From an uncultured bacterium (GTDB lineage Bacteria > UBP14 > UBA6098 > B30-G16), in the NCBI GenBank assembly GCA_965552135.1, contig CBEVQY010000001.1, forward strand, positions 1 through 64,000: a stretch of 64,000 nt of DNA, written 5' to 3'. Shown in pieces: positions 20,221 to 30,671 of this stretch; positions within the stretch are counted from its first letter, which is position 1, and each line of letters begins with the position of its first letter. The notes beneath the pieces were generated by a model. That model was given only the letters and a program-made list of their open reading frames with translations, searched no databases and was not told the origin of the DNA. Made by a program: the position numbers and the translations under genes.

Positions 20221-21486
20221 TCAGCGCCGGCTCCTTTCGATGGCGGGGAGGGCTATTATGAACGTCGTCTTCTCGTAGGGTTTGCTTTCGAGGAGAAATA
20301 GCCTTCCGTGGTGGTAGTCTTCGACGATGCGCCTTGCCAGCGAGAGCCCAAGCCCCCACCCGCGCTTTTTGGTGGAAAATCCCGGGGCGAAGATCTTCTT
20401 CTGCTGCGAGGGCGGAATGCCTTTGCCGTTGTCGCTTATTATGATGTGGACCTCTTTTCCGCTTACGTCGAGGCGTGTGGCGACCCAAATAGTGCCGCCA
20501 CGCTGACCGATAGCCTCGATCGAGTTTTTGATGAGGTTCTCAAGCGCCCACGAAAGCAAAAGCTTGTTCCCCCTCACCATGGGGACCGGGTCGTAGTGCT
20601 CCACGACCTCGATGTTCTGCGAGAGGAGGGGTATCCTCTGCTTGAGGTATCCCACGAGGTCCTGGGCAAGCTCGATGGGGTCGACGGGGACGAGCTCGGG
20701 CAGCGAGCCTATCTGCCCGAACCTGACAACTATGCGCGAAAGGTTCGTTACGTCCTTCTCCATCTCGTCGGCGATCTTTTTGAGCTCGTCGATGTCACCT
20801 TCGGCGAGCGCCTCGCGCATTAGCTGAAGCCAGCCCAAAAGGGATGAGGTTGGCGTTCCGAGCTGGTGCGCAGCCTCCTTCGCCATCCCAAGCCAGATGT
20901 TCTGCTGCTCGTAGCGCCTTATGCGCCCGTAGATGACGGCGGCGATGAGAAAAAGGAGAACCATAACCACAGCCTGAAGCACCGGGATCAGCCTCAGCCA
21001 CCCCACGACGGGCGACTCGCCAAAGTAGATGTACGCCAGAACCTCGTTGCGCCCTGGGATCCTGACGGGGATCGGCGGGAACTTGTGCCCCTTTTTCTCA
21101 AGCCACCTTTTGACCTTTCGCCTCGCGGCGGCGGTGGTGTCGTCCTCGGGAACGGGTAGGTTCCGCCAGTACACAGGCTCGTTGTCGACGGTGGTGTAAA
21201 CCATTGGGAAGTCCGCCTTCTGGATGATCTCCTCAAAGAGGATCGAGAGCTCGGGTCCCTCGATCGTTTTCGAAAGCGTGAGCGACCAAAGCCTCGCGTA
21301 TGTGTTCATGATTCGGCGGTTGTATTCGCTCATTCTGTCGCGCACGATCTTGGTGAACCAGAACACCGCCACAAGCATTGCTGCAGCCAGCGCGAACATC
21401 GCGAATATCGCCGCAGGCGAGACGCGATAGTAGGTGATCCTGTACTCGCCCTCGCCCGAAAGGATTTTGCGAAGCCTGCCGAACAA
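20221..21486 (-). CDS. Membrane sensor histidine kinase (FCB-type)
   Basis: Two TM helices; H-box WLGMAKEAAHQLGTPTSSL; ENLIKNSIEA; DNGKGI; GFSTKKRGWGLGLSL. The TTG start is uncertain. Confidence 0.92.
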   Translation of the reverse strand: MFGRLRKILSGEGEYRITYYRVSPAAIFAMFALAAAMLVAVFWFTKIVRDRMSEYNRRIMNTYARLWSLTLSKTIEGPELSILFEEIIQKADFPMVYTTVDNEPVYWRNLPVPEDDTTAAARRKVKRWLEKKGHKFPPIPVRIPGRNEVLAYIYFGESPVVGWLRLIPVLQAVVMVLLFLIAAVIYGRIRRYEQQNIWLGMAKEAAHQLGTPTSSLLGWLQLMREALAEGDIDELKKIADEMEKDVTNLSRIVVRFGQIGSLPELVPVDPIELAQDLVGYLKQRIPLLSQNIEVVEHYDPVPMVRGNKLLLSWALENLIKNSIEAIGQRGGTIWVATRLDVSGKEVHIIISDNGKGIPPSQQKKIFAPGFSTKKRGWGLGLSLARRIVEDYHHGRLFLLESKPYEKTTFIIALPAIERSRR

Positions 21487-21491
21487 CTAAG

Positions 21492-22766
21492 CTACTCCGG
21501 TGAAATTCTGTCGCTTCTGAAGTACGGTCTTAGGGCTTCGGGCACCGTCACCGAGCCGTCCTCGTTCTGGTACGACTCAAGCAGGGCGATCACAAGCCTT
21601 GGGACGGCTACGCCGCTTCCGTTGAGGGTGTGGACGAAGTGGAGTTTGCCGTCCTTTTTGCTGCGGAAGCGGGTGCCCATGCGACGAGCCTGGAAGTCGG
21701 TGAGGTTGGAGATCGACGAGACCTCAAGCCACCTGCCCGTCCCCGGCGCGTAGACCTCGATGTCGTATGTCTTCGCCGAGGCAAAGGTCAGGTCCCCCGT
21801 AGAGAGCAGAACCACCCTGTAGTAAAGTCCAAGGGCTTGCACGACGCGCTCCGCGTCGCGAACCAGGTCCTCAAGCTCGTCGAAGGATGTGTCCGGATGC
21901 ACTATCTTCACAAGCTCGACCTTGTCGAACTGGTGGAGGCGCATAAGTCCCCTCGTCTCCTTGCCGTACGAGCCCGCCTCGCGCCTGAAGCAGGCGGTGT
22001 AGGCGCAGTAGTACAGGGGCAGGTCCTCCTCGCGGAGGTTCTCGCCCCGGTGGAGGTTTGTGAGGGGAACCTCAGCCGTGGGGATGAGGAAGAAGTCCTC
22101 CTGGTCGAGGTGATACATATCGTCCTCGAGTTTGGGCAGCTGCGCCGTTCCGACCATCGCCGCCCTGTTGACCAGAAAGGCGGGGAAAACCTCCTTGTAC
22201 TTGCCGCTTTTGGTGTGGATGTCGATCATGAAGTTGACGAGCGCCCGCACGAGCCTCGCTCCGTCGCCGACGAAGAGGGGGAAGAACGCCCCGGTTATCT
22301 TCGCGCTTCGGGCAAAGTCAAATAGGTGGAGCTTTTCGTTGAGTTCCAGGTGGTCCTTTGGCTCGAAGTCGAACTTCGGCGGTTCGCCCACCGTGCGCAC
22401 GACGACGTTGTCCTCCTCCGAGCGCCCTTCGGGAACGCTTGGGTGCGGGATGTTGGGCACCCGCAGGAGCAGATCCGAAAGCCGCTCCTCGACAAGCCTC
22501 AGCTCCTCCTCTACGGACTTGACCTGCGCCGATACCTCCTTCGCCTCCGATTTGAGCGCGGTTGTATCTGCGCCGCTTCGCGCAAGCTCGGCTATCCGGC
22601 GCGAAAGCTCGTTGAGCCTGCGGCGGAGGTCGTCGCGCTCGGTGATGTATATCCGGCGAAGCCTGTCGCACTCCAGAATCTCGTCGACGACGTCGGGCTC
22701 GCACTTGAGGCGACACGCACGCCTTACCTCGTCCGGATGGTTGACTATATACCTGAGGTCGAGCAC
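21492..22766 (-). CDS. serS: Serine--tRNA ligase
   Basis: PNIPHPSVP, LIPTAEVP, CFRREAGSYG, RLHQFDKVE, EVSSISN.TDFQARR, HTLNGSG.A.PR. Confidence 0.98.
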   Translation of the reverse strand: MLDLRYIVNHPDEVRRACRLKCEPDVVDEILECDRLRRIYITERDDLRRRLNELSRRIAELARSGADTTALKSEAKEVSAQVKSVEEELRLVEERLSDLLLRVPNIPHPSVPEGRSEEDNVVVRTVGEPPKFDFEPKDHLELNEKLHLFDFARSAKITGAFFPLFVGDGARLVRALVNFMIDIHTKSGKYKEVFPAFLVNRAAMVGTAQLPKLEDDMYHLDQEDFFLIPTAEVPLTNLHRGENLREEDLPLYYCAYTACFRREAGSYGKETRGLMRLHQFDKVELVKIVHPDTSFDELEDLVRDAERVVQALGLYYRVVLLSTGDLTFASAKTYDIEVYAPGTGRWLEVSSISNLTDFQARRMGTRFRSKKDGKLHFVHTLNGSGVAVPRLVIALLESYQNEDGSVTVPEALRPYFRSDRISPE

Positions 22767-22770
22767 AGCT

Positions 22771-23598
22771 TCACCTCTTTTTCACCATCCCAAGCGGCAT
22801 AGCGAGTCTTATCGCAACGCGCTTTTTGCCCTTGGGGTAAACCCTGAGCGTGTGGGTTCCCTTTGGGATGTCGACCTTTATCTTCTTCGCCTTCCCCGGG
22901 ACGGAGCTTTTGTCGTTTCGGAAGTACGACACACCCGACGGCTCCGTCTCAAACTCGTAGACCACGGGTTTTTCGTCGTCGAGCTGGACGACAAGGTGAT
23001 AGTGCTGCGTTCCCATCATCCCTGGCGTGTAGATGAGGCGCGTATAAAGCGTCACCTTCCCCTTCCCGAGGATCGAGAATACGACGGGCTTTTTCTTTGT
23101 GGCGATGTAGTATCCGTACTCCTCTTCGTTTGCGACGAGCACGAGACCGCCGGCGTGTTCTTGCGGCACCATCGAGACGGTGCGCGTCTTCTTTTTGCTT
23201 ACGGCTCGCACGGCAGCGGGACCGTCGACCACAACGTCGAGGGTGTGTTTGCCCCTGGGGACGCGAAGCAGTATCGTGTGCGCCTTCGAAATCCTCTTAA
23301 ACGCCCTCGACTTAGCCTTCCGCGAAGCCTTTTTGGCTACGGTATCGACGGCAACGCGCACGCTGTCGAGCAGAACGGTGACGACCCGCTCTGTCCCAGC
23401 CTCCGTTCGGACGAAGATCTTGACGGTGCCCAGTCCGGAGACCTCGAACTTCGCCGGCACATCGGCGTCGACGAGCCAGTAGTTGTAGCTTTTGCCGTCT
23501 ACGACGACCTTGGTCTTCTTCGGTCCTTCGGCGGGGGCGATCTCCCTCCCGAGGGTCGCCGCAAGGACGGCAAGTATCAGCGCAAGCGCTTTCCGCAC
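22771..23598 (-). CDS. Exported basic hypothetical protein with an internal duplication
   Basis: GTG start after AAGGAGGGAG; signal peptide; two similar beta-rich halves ending VPRGKHTL and IPKGTHTL. Confidence 0.7.
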   Translation of the reverse strand: MRKALALILAVLAATLGREIAPAEGPKKTKVVVDGKSYNYWLVDADVPAKFEVSGLGTVKIFVRTEAGTERVVTVLLDSVRVAVDTVAKKASRKAKSRAFKRISKAHTILLRVPRGKHTLDVVVDGPAAVRAVSKKKTRTVSMVPQEHAGGLVLVANEEEYGYYIATKKKPVVFSILGKGKVTLYTRLIYTPGMMGTQHYHLVVQLDDEKPVVYEFETEPSGVSYFRNDKSSVPGKAKKIKVDIPKGTHTLRVYPKGKKRVAIRLAMPLGMVKKR

Positions 23599-23640
23599 GG
23601 CTCCCTCCTTTGGCACGACTCAACAAAAGTAAAGGCTGGC

Positions 23641-24570
23641 TCAGGGCTGTGTCAACACGGTTTTGCCGTCGAGCGAAGGCGCCCTGGGGTCGTGGTTGAG
23701 GAAGAAGCTTTCGGCGGCTTCGGGGCTTTTGACGGCGTAGCAGTAAAGACACGCCCGCGGACACGAATTATACACCCCGACATCGACGCTTTTTGCGCAC
23801 ATGCACTTCGGGCGTTGACCTTTATCTTTTGCGGCTGGCACGGCGACGCCCAGCGCGGAGGAGAGCCAGGCGGGGTCGATGCATGCTCCGTCGGGTATGC
23901 CGAAGGGTTCCAGCGCACCGCCCTGACAACACGCCTGAACGCTCATACCCGCGTTTTGGGCTATGTCGACGATCTCGGCAAGCATATCCTTGACGTCGCT
24001 GCGGGAGAGGGGCGATCGGTCGGGGAAGACGCCCGCAGCCTCCAGACGACGCAGAACCGAACGGTAGTGCGTGATAAAGCTTATTATGACGCGGTGCGTG
24101 TAGCCCTCAAGCCGCCTTACTATGCGCGAGAAGTTCGCGACATGCCAGCCCGGTCCGAGCTCGCCGCAGATTATGATGGGGTCGTAGCGGAGTGCCATCC
24201 GCTTTGGACCTATGCGCTCCGCGGTTTTGATGAAGGACGCTATATATCCCTCAAGCGGTGCGGCGTGCGGCTCGAGGCGCCGCGGATAACCCGTTATCGT
24301 CCAAAGGACAACGTACCGGTAGCCGGCGCCGTCGAGGAAGTCTGCGTGCCGCAGCATTGGGGAGAAATCCCTCGTCCAGAAGACTATGGCGGCGACGTCA
24401 TCGCTCCTCAGCGAAACGCGCCTGACCTGCCGCGGGTTGAAGGGGTTCCGCACAAGGGCGAATCCCTCCGCAAGCCTTTCCGCGAACCAGTCGGAGTAGA
24501 AGGCGGGGATATCGGTTCTGCGGGAAGCCGAGATTATCTGCCCCACGCTTTCGCCGAAAAGATTCTTCAT
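23641..24570 (-). CDS. DUF1848 family protein
   Basis: IISASRRTDIPAFYSDWF, VRNPFN, IVFWT, RYDPI, KDKGQR..C.C..S.DVG.YNSC...CLYCYA. Confidence 0.9.
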   Translation of the reverse strand: MKNLFGESVGQIISASRRTDIPAFYSDWFAERLAEGFALVRNPFNPRQVRRVSLRSDDVAAIVFWTRDFSPMLRHADFLDGAGYRYVVLWTITGYPRRLEPHAAPLEGYIASFIKTAERIGPKRMALRYDPIIICGELGPGWHVANFSRIVRRLEGYTHRVIISFITHYRSVLRRLEAAGVFPDRSPLSRSDVKDMLAEIVDIAQNAGMSVQACCQGGALEPFGIPDGACIDPAWLSSALGVAVPAAKDKGQRPKCMCAKSVDVGVYNSCPRACLYCYAVKSPEAAESFFLNHDPRAPSLDGKTVLTQP

Positions 24571-24610
24571 CTTTCAAGTCTTCCGGGTCTTCGCTCACGA
24601 TGATTAAGGT

Positions 24611-25597
24611 TCACCACTCGAGCCTAAGCGGTCGTGACATAAGGTCTTTCAGGGCTTTGTCGGGGCTTTTGCCTTCCCACAGGACTTTGTGGACCTCTTC
24701 TGCGATTGGCAGTTCGACGTCAAGCTCTTTTGCGAGGTGAAGCGCGCCGAACGTGGTGTACACGCCCTCTGCTACCTGCTTCATTTCGGTCACGACCGCC
24801 TCGGCGTGCTCGCCGCAGCCAACCCTGAAGCCAACGGTGTAGTTTCGGCTCTTTCGGCTTGTGCACGTAAGCACCATATCCCCAAGCCCGGCTATGCCGA
24901 AAAGGGTTTCCCTTCTGGCGCCGAGCGCTTCGCCGAGACGAACGAGCTCCGAAAGCCCCCTCGTCACAAGTGCTGCCCTCGCGTTGTGACCCAAACCCAT
25001 CCCGTCCGCGATCCCTGCCGCTATGGCGATGATGTTCTTGTAGGCGCCCCCCAGCGACACGCCCAAAGGGTCGGCATTCCTGTAAACGCGCAGGCTCTCG
25101 CTTGAGATTAAGTGCTGGATCCTTTCGGCAAGCTCCATCTCCTTCGACGATGCAACAAGCACCGTTGGCTTGCCCGAAGCGACTTCGTCGGCGAAGCTGG
25201 GTCCGGACAGGACGACGACGTCACCTCCCAAAACCTCCTCGAGGATCTGGAACGGGAAGAGCCAGCTTTCCCGCTCTATGCCCTTCGCCATAACGACGTG
25301 CAGAGAAGCTTTTGTTTTGGGTGCCTTTTGCGCGACGGCGCGCAGGTGCTGCGTGGGAACCGCCCAGAAGATAATCTCCGCGTCGCCCGCGGCAGACAGG
25401 ATATCGCCCGTGGCGGAAACGCCCTCGGGGATATCGGCTGTAGGGAGGAATAGATCGTTCCGTCTGCGGCGCAGGATGGACTCAAGCACATCCTCCTCGC
25501 GCACCCAAAGTCTTGGGCGAAGACCTATCCTCGCCAGGTGTATCGCGAAGGCTGTGCCCCAAGCGCCAGCGCCTATAACGCAAACTTCGAGCTTCAC
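24611..25597 (-). CDS. gpsA: NAD(P)H-dependent glycerol-3-phosphate dehydrogenase
   Basis: IGAGAWGTA, LSGPSFA.EV, GGAYKNIIAIAAG, AGLGDMVLTC..SRN, VAEGV. The GTG start overlaps the upstream stop. Confidence 0.95.
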   Translation of the reverse strand: MKLEVCVIGAGAWGTAFAIHLARIGLRPRLWVREEDVLESILRRRRNDLFLPTADIPEGVSATGDILSAAGDAEIIFWAVPTQHLRAVAQKAPKTKASLHVVMAKGIERESWLFPFQILEEVLGGDVVVLSGPSFADEVASGKPTVLVASSKEMELAERIQHLISSESLRVYRNADPLGVSLGGAYKNIIAIAAGIADGMGLGHNARAALVTRGLSELVRLGEALGARRETLFGIAGLGDMVLTCTSRKSRNYTVGFRVGCGEHAEAVVTEMKQVAEGVYTTFGALHLAKELDVELPIAEEVHKVLWEGKSPDKALKDLMSRPLRLEW

Positions 25598-26460
25598 CTT
25601 TCGCCGATAATGTGTTTGAACCGGGGGTTCTGCCTGAGCGGAGCGAGTTCGCTGTCGGCGGCGGCTATGTCGCGGTAATCGGGGAAGAGCTGCACCGCCT
25701 GCTCGACCTCGTCTATCGCCTCCTCGGCGTTCCCGAGCGACAGAAGCACAAGCGCCCTGTAGTAGTGCGCCATAGCGAGCTTGTCGAAGATCGCGATGGA
25801 CGAATCGAGTGCGGCGAGGGCGTCGTTGTCCCTTTCGAGGTAGTGGTACGCCAGACCGAGCTGAGCCCACGACACGGGCTCGTCCGGAAACATCGCCGTG
25901 ACGAGTTCGCCGTAGTATGCCGCGCTGTCGTGCTGCGACATGTGGTTGTGCACGATGACCTTATTGACCCAGGCGCTCAGGTATGTTGAATCGAGCGCTA
26001 TGGCTTTTCCGAGCGCCCACAGGGCTGCGCCGTAGTCGCCCACTTGGTCGTATGCGATCGCAAGCCCGTTTAAGAGCTCGGGGTCGTCGGGCTTTCTGTG
26101 GATGGCGTTTTCGTATGCTTCGATTGTGCGTTCTGCGTCTCCGCGGCGCCTGTAGAGCTGGGCAAGGTATATCCAGGGGTCGGGGTCGTTTGGTGCGAGG
26201 GCTGCCGCCCTGCGGTAGCAGATCACGGCGGAGGACTCCGCGCCGGAGATGTCGTACGCAACCGCCATGTTGAACCACGCGGCGGCGAGGGTGGAGTCCT
26301 TCTCAAGCGCCTTGCGCCAAAGCTCTATTGCCCCTGCGACATCGCCCTGACTGAAGAGCTCAACGCCTCGGTTAAACTCCTCCGGAACCGCGCGAGCCGT
26401 GTCGCCGCCGCAAAACGAAAGGCTCTGCAAAAGGGCAAGGACAAAGAGGACGAAGGGCAT
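25594..26460 (-). CDS. Exported tetratricopeptide-repeat protein
   Basis: Signal peptide; about six TPRs; C-terminal D.ELAPLRQNPRFK motif. Confidence 0.85.
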   Translation of the reverse strand: MPFVLFVLALLQSLSFCGGDTARAVPEEFNRGVELFSQGDVAGAIELWRKALEKDSTLAAAWFNMAVAYDISGAESSAVICYRRAAALAPNDPDPWIYLAQLYRRRGDAERTIEAYENAIHRKPDDPELLNGLAIAYDQVGDYGAALWALGKAIALDSTYLSAWVNKVIVHNHMSQHDSAAYYGELVTAMFPDEPVSWAQLGLAYHYLERDNDALAALDSSIAIFDKLAMAHYYRALVLLSLGNAEEAIDEVEQAVQLFPDYRDIAAADSELAPLRQNPRFKHIIGER

Positions 26461-26477
26461 AAAGCACCCCCAAAGCG

Positions 26478-27032
26478 TCAGACGGTCATTATCTCCTCTT
26501 CCTTGGCTTTGAAGAGCTCGTCTATTTTCTTCGAGTATTTTTCGGTTATCTCCTGCACTTTTTCCTGGAGTCGGAAGGAGTCGTCCTCGGGGAGCTCGCC
26601 TTCTTTCTGGCGCGTTTTTATGTCCTCGATTATCTCGCGCCTTATGTTCCTTATCGCCACTTTGCCCTCTTCGGCGATTTTTTTGGCGACCTTCACAAGC
26701 TCCCTCCTACGCTCCTCCGTAAGCGGCGGGATTGGGATTCGGATGACGGTTCCGTCGGAGTTGGGGGTGAGTCCCAAGTCGGAGGCTTGGATCGCTTTCT
26801 CCACCGCAGGCACAGCCGATTTATCCCACGGGTGGACCACCAAAAGCCTCGGCTCGGGCGTCGAGATCGAGGCTATCTGGTTTATGGGGACCATTGTGCC
26901 GTAGTAGTCGACCTTGATCCCCTCAAGGAGCGCCGGAGTAGCTTTTCCGCTCCTCAGGCGCGCAAGCTGCTGCGCTACTGCCTCAACCGACTTCTCCATC
27001 CGTCGCTTCGTCTCCTCTAAGATCTCCTCCAT
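26478..27032 (-). CDS. frr: Ribosome recycling factor
   Basis: LRSGKATP, VDYYG, SDLGLTP..DG..IRIPIPPLTEERR, KVAIRNIRR. Confidence 0.98.
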   Translation of the reverse strand: MEEILEETKRRMEKSVEAVAQQLARLRSGKATPALLEGIKVDYYGTMVPINQIASISTPEPRLLVVHPWDKSAVPAVEKAIQASDLGLTPNSDGTVIRIPIPPLTEERRRELVKVAKKIAEEGKVAIRNIRREIIEDIKTRQKEGELPEDDSFRLQEKVQEITEKYSKKIDELFKAKEEEIMTV

Positions 27033-27050
27033 ATCCCAAACCTCCCGCGT

Positions 27051-27764
27051 TTATTTCTCCGTAACTATAGTTCCAACCTTCTCCCCACGCGCGGCTTTTA
27101 TCAGGTTGCCGGGCTTGGTTATGTCGAAGACGAGGATGGGGATTTTGTTTTCCCTCGCCATCGCGATCGCCGTTGCGTCCATAACGCGCAAGTTCCTGGT
27201 GAGGACGTCCTGGAACGTTATCGTTTCGAACTTTTTCGCGTCCTTTTCGACCATTGGGTCGGCGGAGTATACGCCGTCGACCTTTGTGCCCTTAAGGATG
27301 ATATCTGCGCCGATCTCCACGGCGCGCAGGGCGGCGGCGGTGTCGGTTGTGAAGTAGGGGTTGCCCGTTCCTCCGGCGAAGATGACGACCCTGCCCTTTT
27401 CGATGTGTCTTATCGCGCGGCGCCGGATGTACGGCTCGCACACCTGCTGGACGACGATCGCCGAAAGGACCCTCGTCTGCACGCCGATCGCCTCCAGAAA
27501 CGTCTGCAGCGCCAGGGCGTTTATGACGGTTGCGAGCATTCCCATATAGTCGCCTGCGACGCGGTCGAAGCCGGAGTGGGTTCCGGCGAAGCCACGGAAT
27601 ATATTCCCTCCGCCGACGACGACTCCGATGCCGACGCCGAGCTCCCTGACCTCGGAGATCTCGCGTGCGAGCCTTCGGAGCTGGTTGGCGTCGATTCCGC
27701 AGCCGCCGGCTCCGCCGAGTATCTCGCCCGATATCTTGAGCAGAACCCTCGAGAACCGCGCCAT
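27051..27764 (-). CDS. pyrH: UMP kinase
   Basis: [54 protein letters not shown]. Confidence 0.98.
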   Translation of the reverse strand: MARFSRVLLKISGEILGGAGGCGIDANQLRRLAREISEVRELGVGIGVVVGGGNIFRGFAGTHSGFDRVAGDYMGMLATVINALALQTFLEAIGVQTRVLSAIVVQQVCEPYIRRRAIRHIEKGRVVIFAGGTGNPYFTTDTAAALRAVEIGADIILKGTKVDGVYSADPMVEKDAKKFETITFQDVLTRNLRVMDATAIAMARENKIPILVFDITKPGNLIKAARGEKVGTIVTEK

Positions 27765-27775
27765 ATCGAAGACCT

Positions 27776-28645
27776 CTACGCGGCGCCGACCTCAAAGCGC
27801 GCAAAGCGCCTCACCTCAACCGATGCGCCAAGCTCCTTCGACGCCTGCGCGATCAGGTCAGCAACGCTCAGTTTCGCGTCACGTATGTACTCCTGCTCCA
27901 AAAGGCAGCTTTCCTGCAGGAACTTTCGCAGCCTGCCCTCGACTATCTTCTCGATGGCTTTCTCCGGCTTGCCCTCCTGGCGCGCTTGCTCCTCGTATAT
28001 CTCGCGCTCCTTCCGGAGGATCTCCTCGGGCACATCCTCGCGCCTTATGGCAACGGGTTTGGAGAAGGCTATTTGCATCGCTATCTCTTTTGCGAGCTTG
28101 AGGAGCCCTTCGACGGGCGCCTGAGGCGACGCCGAAAGCTCGACCATAACGCCTATCTTGTTGCCCGGGTGCACGTACTGGTAGATCACGCCGCCTTCCC
28201 CTGCCTCGAAGTAGGCGACCCTTTTGGGGCGGATGTTCTCGCCGATCTTCGCAACAAGCTGCGTGACCGCCTCCTCGACAGTAACGCCGTCGATGGTGGA
28301 GTTGAGGAGCTCCTCTGTGCTTTTTATGGCGTTTTCGAGGGCGAGTTTTGCAAGCTTTTGGGCGAAGTTTATGAACTCCTCGTTTCGGGCGACGAAGTCG
28401 GTTTCGGATGCAAGCTCGACCATCGCGCCGCGCTTGTGGTCGTCGTTTATCGCGGCTTCGACCCTGCCCTCCTTCGCCTCCCTGTCGAGCTTTTTGGCGG
28501 CTTTGGCGACGCCAGCCTTGCGCAGATACTCCACCGCAGCCTCAAGATCACCTCCCGTCTCAACCAAAGCCTTCTTGCAGTCCATCATTCCTGCGCCGGT
28601 CATATCGCGCAGCTGCTTGACGAGCTTGGCGCTTATCTGAGCCAT
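27776..28645 (-). CDS. tsf: Elongation factor Ts
   Basis: [48 protein letters not shown]. Confidence 0.98.
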   Translation of the reverse strand: MAQISAKLVKQLRDMTGAGMMDCKKALVETGGDLEAAVEYLRKAGVAKAAKKLDREAKEGRVEAAINDDHKRGAMVELASETDFVARNEEFINFAQKLAKLALENAIKSTEELLNSTIDGVTVEEAVTQLVAKIGENIRPKRVAYFEAGEGGVIYQYVHPGNKIGVMVELSASPQAPVEGLLKLAKEIAMQIAFSKPVAIRREDVPEEILRKEREIYEEQARQEGKPEKAIEKIVEGRLRKFLQESCLLEQEYIRDAKLSVADLIAQASKELGASVEVRRFARFEVGAA

Positions 28646-28676
28646 AATCGACCTCCCATGGGTTTCGAGAAGGACC

Positions 28677-29516
28677 TTAGGATTCTTGTTCAGCCTCTTC
28701 GGGTTCCTCGGGTTTTTCGCCTGGGCTTTCTTCGGGCGGGGTCTCGGACGTATCGCCAACCGCCTCGACGGTTTCGCCCTCGGGTGGTTGCGGCTCCTGC
28801 TCCTCCCTGGCGAAGGCTGAACCTATTTGCCCTCCGCTTCTGCCGTCGAGGACGGCGTCCGCCATTATCGACGTTATGAGTCGCACCGATTTTATCGCGT
28901 CGTCGTTTGCGGGGATGGGGTAGTCGACGAGGTCGGGGTCGCAGTTGGTATCGACGACGCCTATTATGGGGATGTTAAGCCTTCTTGCCTCGGCTACGGC
29001 GGTTTTTTCGTGGACGGTGTCGACGATGTAGACGATATCGGGCAGTCGCTCCATCTCGCGCACGCCGCGCAAAACGGTCTCGAGCTTCTCGCGCTTCTTG
29101 CGCAGGATGTTGATCTCCTTTTTGGTGAGCTGCTCCATAACCTGCTCGTCCTCGAACATTCGCTCAAGCTGCCTCAGCTTTTGCACGCTTTGGCGGATGG
29201 TGCGGAAGTTGGTCAGCATTCCGCCCAGCCAGCGCTCCGAAACCCAGAAAACGCCCGCCCTCTGCGCCTCCTCGGCTATTATGTCCTTTATCTGCTTTTT
29301 GGTCCCCACAAAGAGTATGATGCTCCCCGAGGCGGCATACCTGCGCATAACCTCGTAGGCTTCTTTGAGCTTCTCGATCGTTTTTCGCAGGTCGATTATG
29401 TGGATCTTGCTTCGTATGCCGAAGATGTAGGGCTTCATTCGGGGGTGCCAGCGGCTCTTTTGGTGTCCGAAGTGGACGCCCGCCTCAAGGAGTTGTTCCA
29501 TGGTGATGTTGAGCAT
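28677..29516 (-). CDS. rpsB: 30S ribosomal protein S2
   Basis: [45 protein letters not shown]; acidic tail. Confidence 0.98.
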   Translation of the reverse strand: MLNITMEQLLEAGVHFGHQKSRWHPRMKPYIFGIRSKIHIIDLRKTIEKLKEAYEVMRRYAASGSIILFVGTKKQIKDIIAEEAQRAGVFWVSERWLGGMLTNFRTIRQSVQKLRQLERMFEDEQVMEQLTKKEINILRKKREKLETVLRGVREMERLPDIVYIVDTVHEKTAVAEARRLNIPIIGVVDTNCDPDLVDYPIPANDDAIKSVRLITSIMADAVLDGRSGGQIGSAFAREEQEPQPPEGETVEAVGDTSETPPEESPGEKPEEPEEAEQES

Positions 29517-29534
29517 CTTTTCACCTCCTGCGCT

Positions 29535-29624
29535 GGGGTTTTCGACCTCCGCTGTCGCTTCGGTGCCGCCTCAACCCCATGCATGCTCTCTTTGGGGACC
29601 CCCGGCGGCGCGACAGCGTGTGTG
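29535..29624 (-). ncRNA. rpsB leader (S2 autoregulatory, t44-like) RNA
   Basis: Minus strand CACACA CGCTGTCGC GCCGCC GGGGGT CCCCA..TGGGG..GGCGGC..GCGACAGCG GAGG..AACCCC. This gives nested stems plus GGGGU/ACCCC complementarity, as in the E. coli rpsB leader. Confidence 0.8.
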
Positions 29625-29633
29625 CTTGAAACG

Positions 29634-30029
29634 TCACCTCTTCGAGAACTGGAAGCGCTTGCGCGCCTTCGGTCGACCGTACTTCTTGCGCTCGACCATA
29701 CGCGGGTCGCGGGTGAGGAAGCCGCCCTTGCGCAGGATGGGTCTTAGGTTTGGGTCGAACTTCACAAGCGCCCTAGCTATCCCAAGCCTTATTGCGCCCG
29801 CCTGACCCGATATGCCGCCTCCGCGCACCTTCGCCTTGATGTCGAACTTGCCCTCGAGGTCGACGGCGCGCAGAGGCTCTATCATGTGGATGACGAGGTC
29901 CTCGCGGCAGAAGTACTGGGTGGGCTTGCGCCCGTTGACTATTATCCTGCCTCTGCCCTCGGGGAAAAGCCAAACCCGCGCAGTGGCCTCCTTCCTACGA
30001 CCCGTGGCGTATATGCCCTCTCTTCCCAT
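29634..30029 (-). CDS. rpsI: 30S ribosomal protein S9
   Basis: [50 protein letters not shown]. Confidence 0.98.
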   Translation of the reverse strand: MGREGIYATGRRKEATARVWLFPEGRGRIIVNGRKPTQYFCREDLVIHMIEPLRAVDLEGKFDIKAKVRGGGISGQAGAIRLGIARALVKFDPNLRPILRKGGFLTRDPRMVERKKYGRPKARKRFQFSKR

Positions 30030-30060
30030 GGCTCACCTCGTTGCTTTCCATCAGCTCTCC

Positions 30061-30510
30061 TCACAGAGATAGCGGTTCGGGCTTTTGCGCCTGGTGCGGA
30101 TGCTCGGCGTCGGGGTACACCTTAAGCTTTTTTATAAGCTTTCGTCCGAGGCGATTGTGGGGCAACATCCCCCAGACGGCGTGTCTGATGATCCTCTCTG
30201 GGTTTCGCCTCAGGAGGTCGCGGTAGCGCAGCCGCCTAAGACCGCCGGGATAGCCTGTGTACCACCTGTACTCCTTCTGGTCCCATTTTTTGCCCGTGAG
30301 GCGCACGTGCCTTGCGTTTACGACGATGACGAAGTCCCCAACGTCGAGGTGGGGCGTGAAGTTGGGTTTGTGCTTTCCGCGCAGGATGCGCGCTATCTGA
30401 GTCGCCAGCCTGCCCAAAACCTTTCCCTTCGCGTCGACTACGTACCATCGCTTCTCGATGCTCCCCACGGGAGGCACCGGCGTACGTTGTATCTTGCGTC
30501 TCCTCGGCAT
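30061..30510 (-). CDS. rplM: 50S ribosomal protein L13
   Basis: [48 protein letters not shown]. Confidence 0.98.
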   Translation of the reverse strand: MPRRRKIQRTPVPPVGSIEKRWYVVDAKGKVLGRLATQIARILRGKHKPNFTPHLDVGDFVIVVNARHVRLTGKKWDQKEYRWYTGYPGGLRRLRYRDLLRRNPERIIRHAVWGMLPHNRLGRKLIKKLKVYPDAEHPHQAQKPEPLSL

Positions 30511-30609
30511 ATCTCCACCCCTTTCTCCGTCAAAGTTATATCAAATACAAAGAAGCCCGCGTTTGTCAAGGCAAATTATACGGCTCTTAAGCGGCGGCGC
30601 AAAAAGCGC

Positions 30610-30638
30610 TTGAAAAGAATCAGGCGCAGGGGTATAAA
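30610..30638 (+). promoter_or_regulatory. Candidate sigma-70 promoter for the lipoprotein-rsmI operon
   Basis: TTGAAA-N17-TATAAA. Confidence 0.55.
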
Positions 30639-30671
30639 GTAAAGGGTCTTCGAAAGACGGAGGGGTTTGTT

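Noticed and set aside
22132..24603. 823-aa plus-strand ORF, and similar long ORFs such as 59104-60978, 35288-37147, 9965-11485, 5175-6581 and 39504-40991
   Set aside because: They are antisense or alternate-frame shadows of well-supported genes, have no motifs and have Ser/Arg-biased composition, as expected in GC-rich DNA.
24611..25870. N-terminal extensions in the ORF track (gpsA, ychF, ftsB, C25 peptidase, tsf, mreC, metK, uvrA)
   Set aside because: They overlap upstream genes or promoters. Downstream starts with an RBS or stop-start coupling match the family N-termini.
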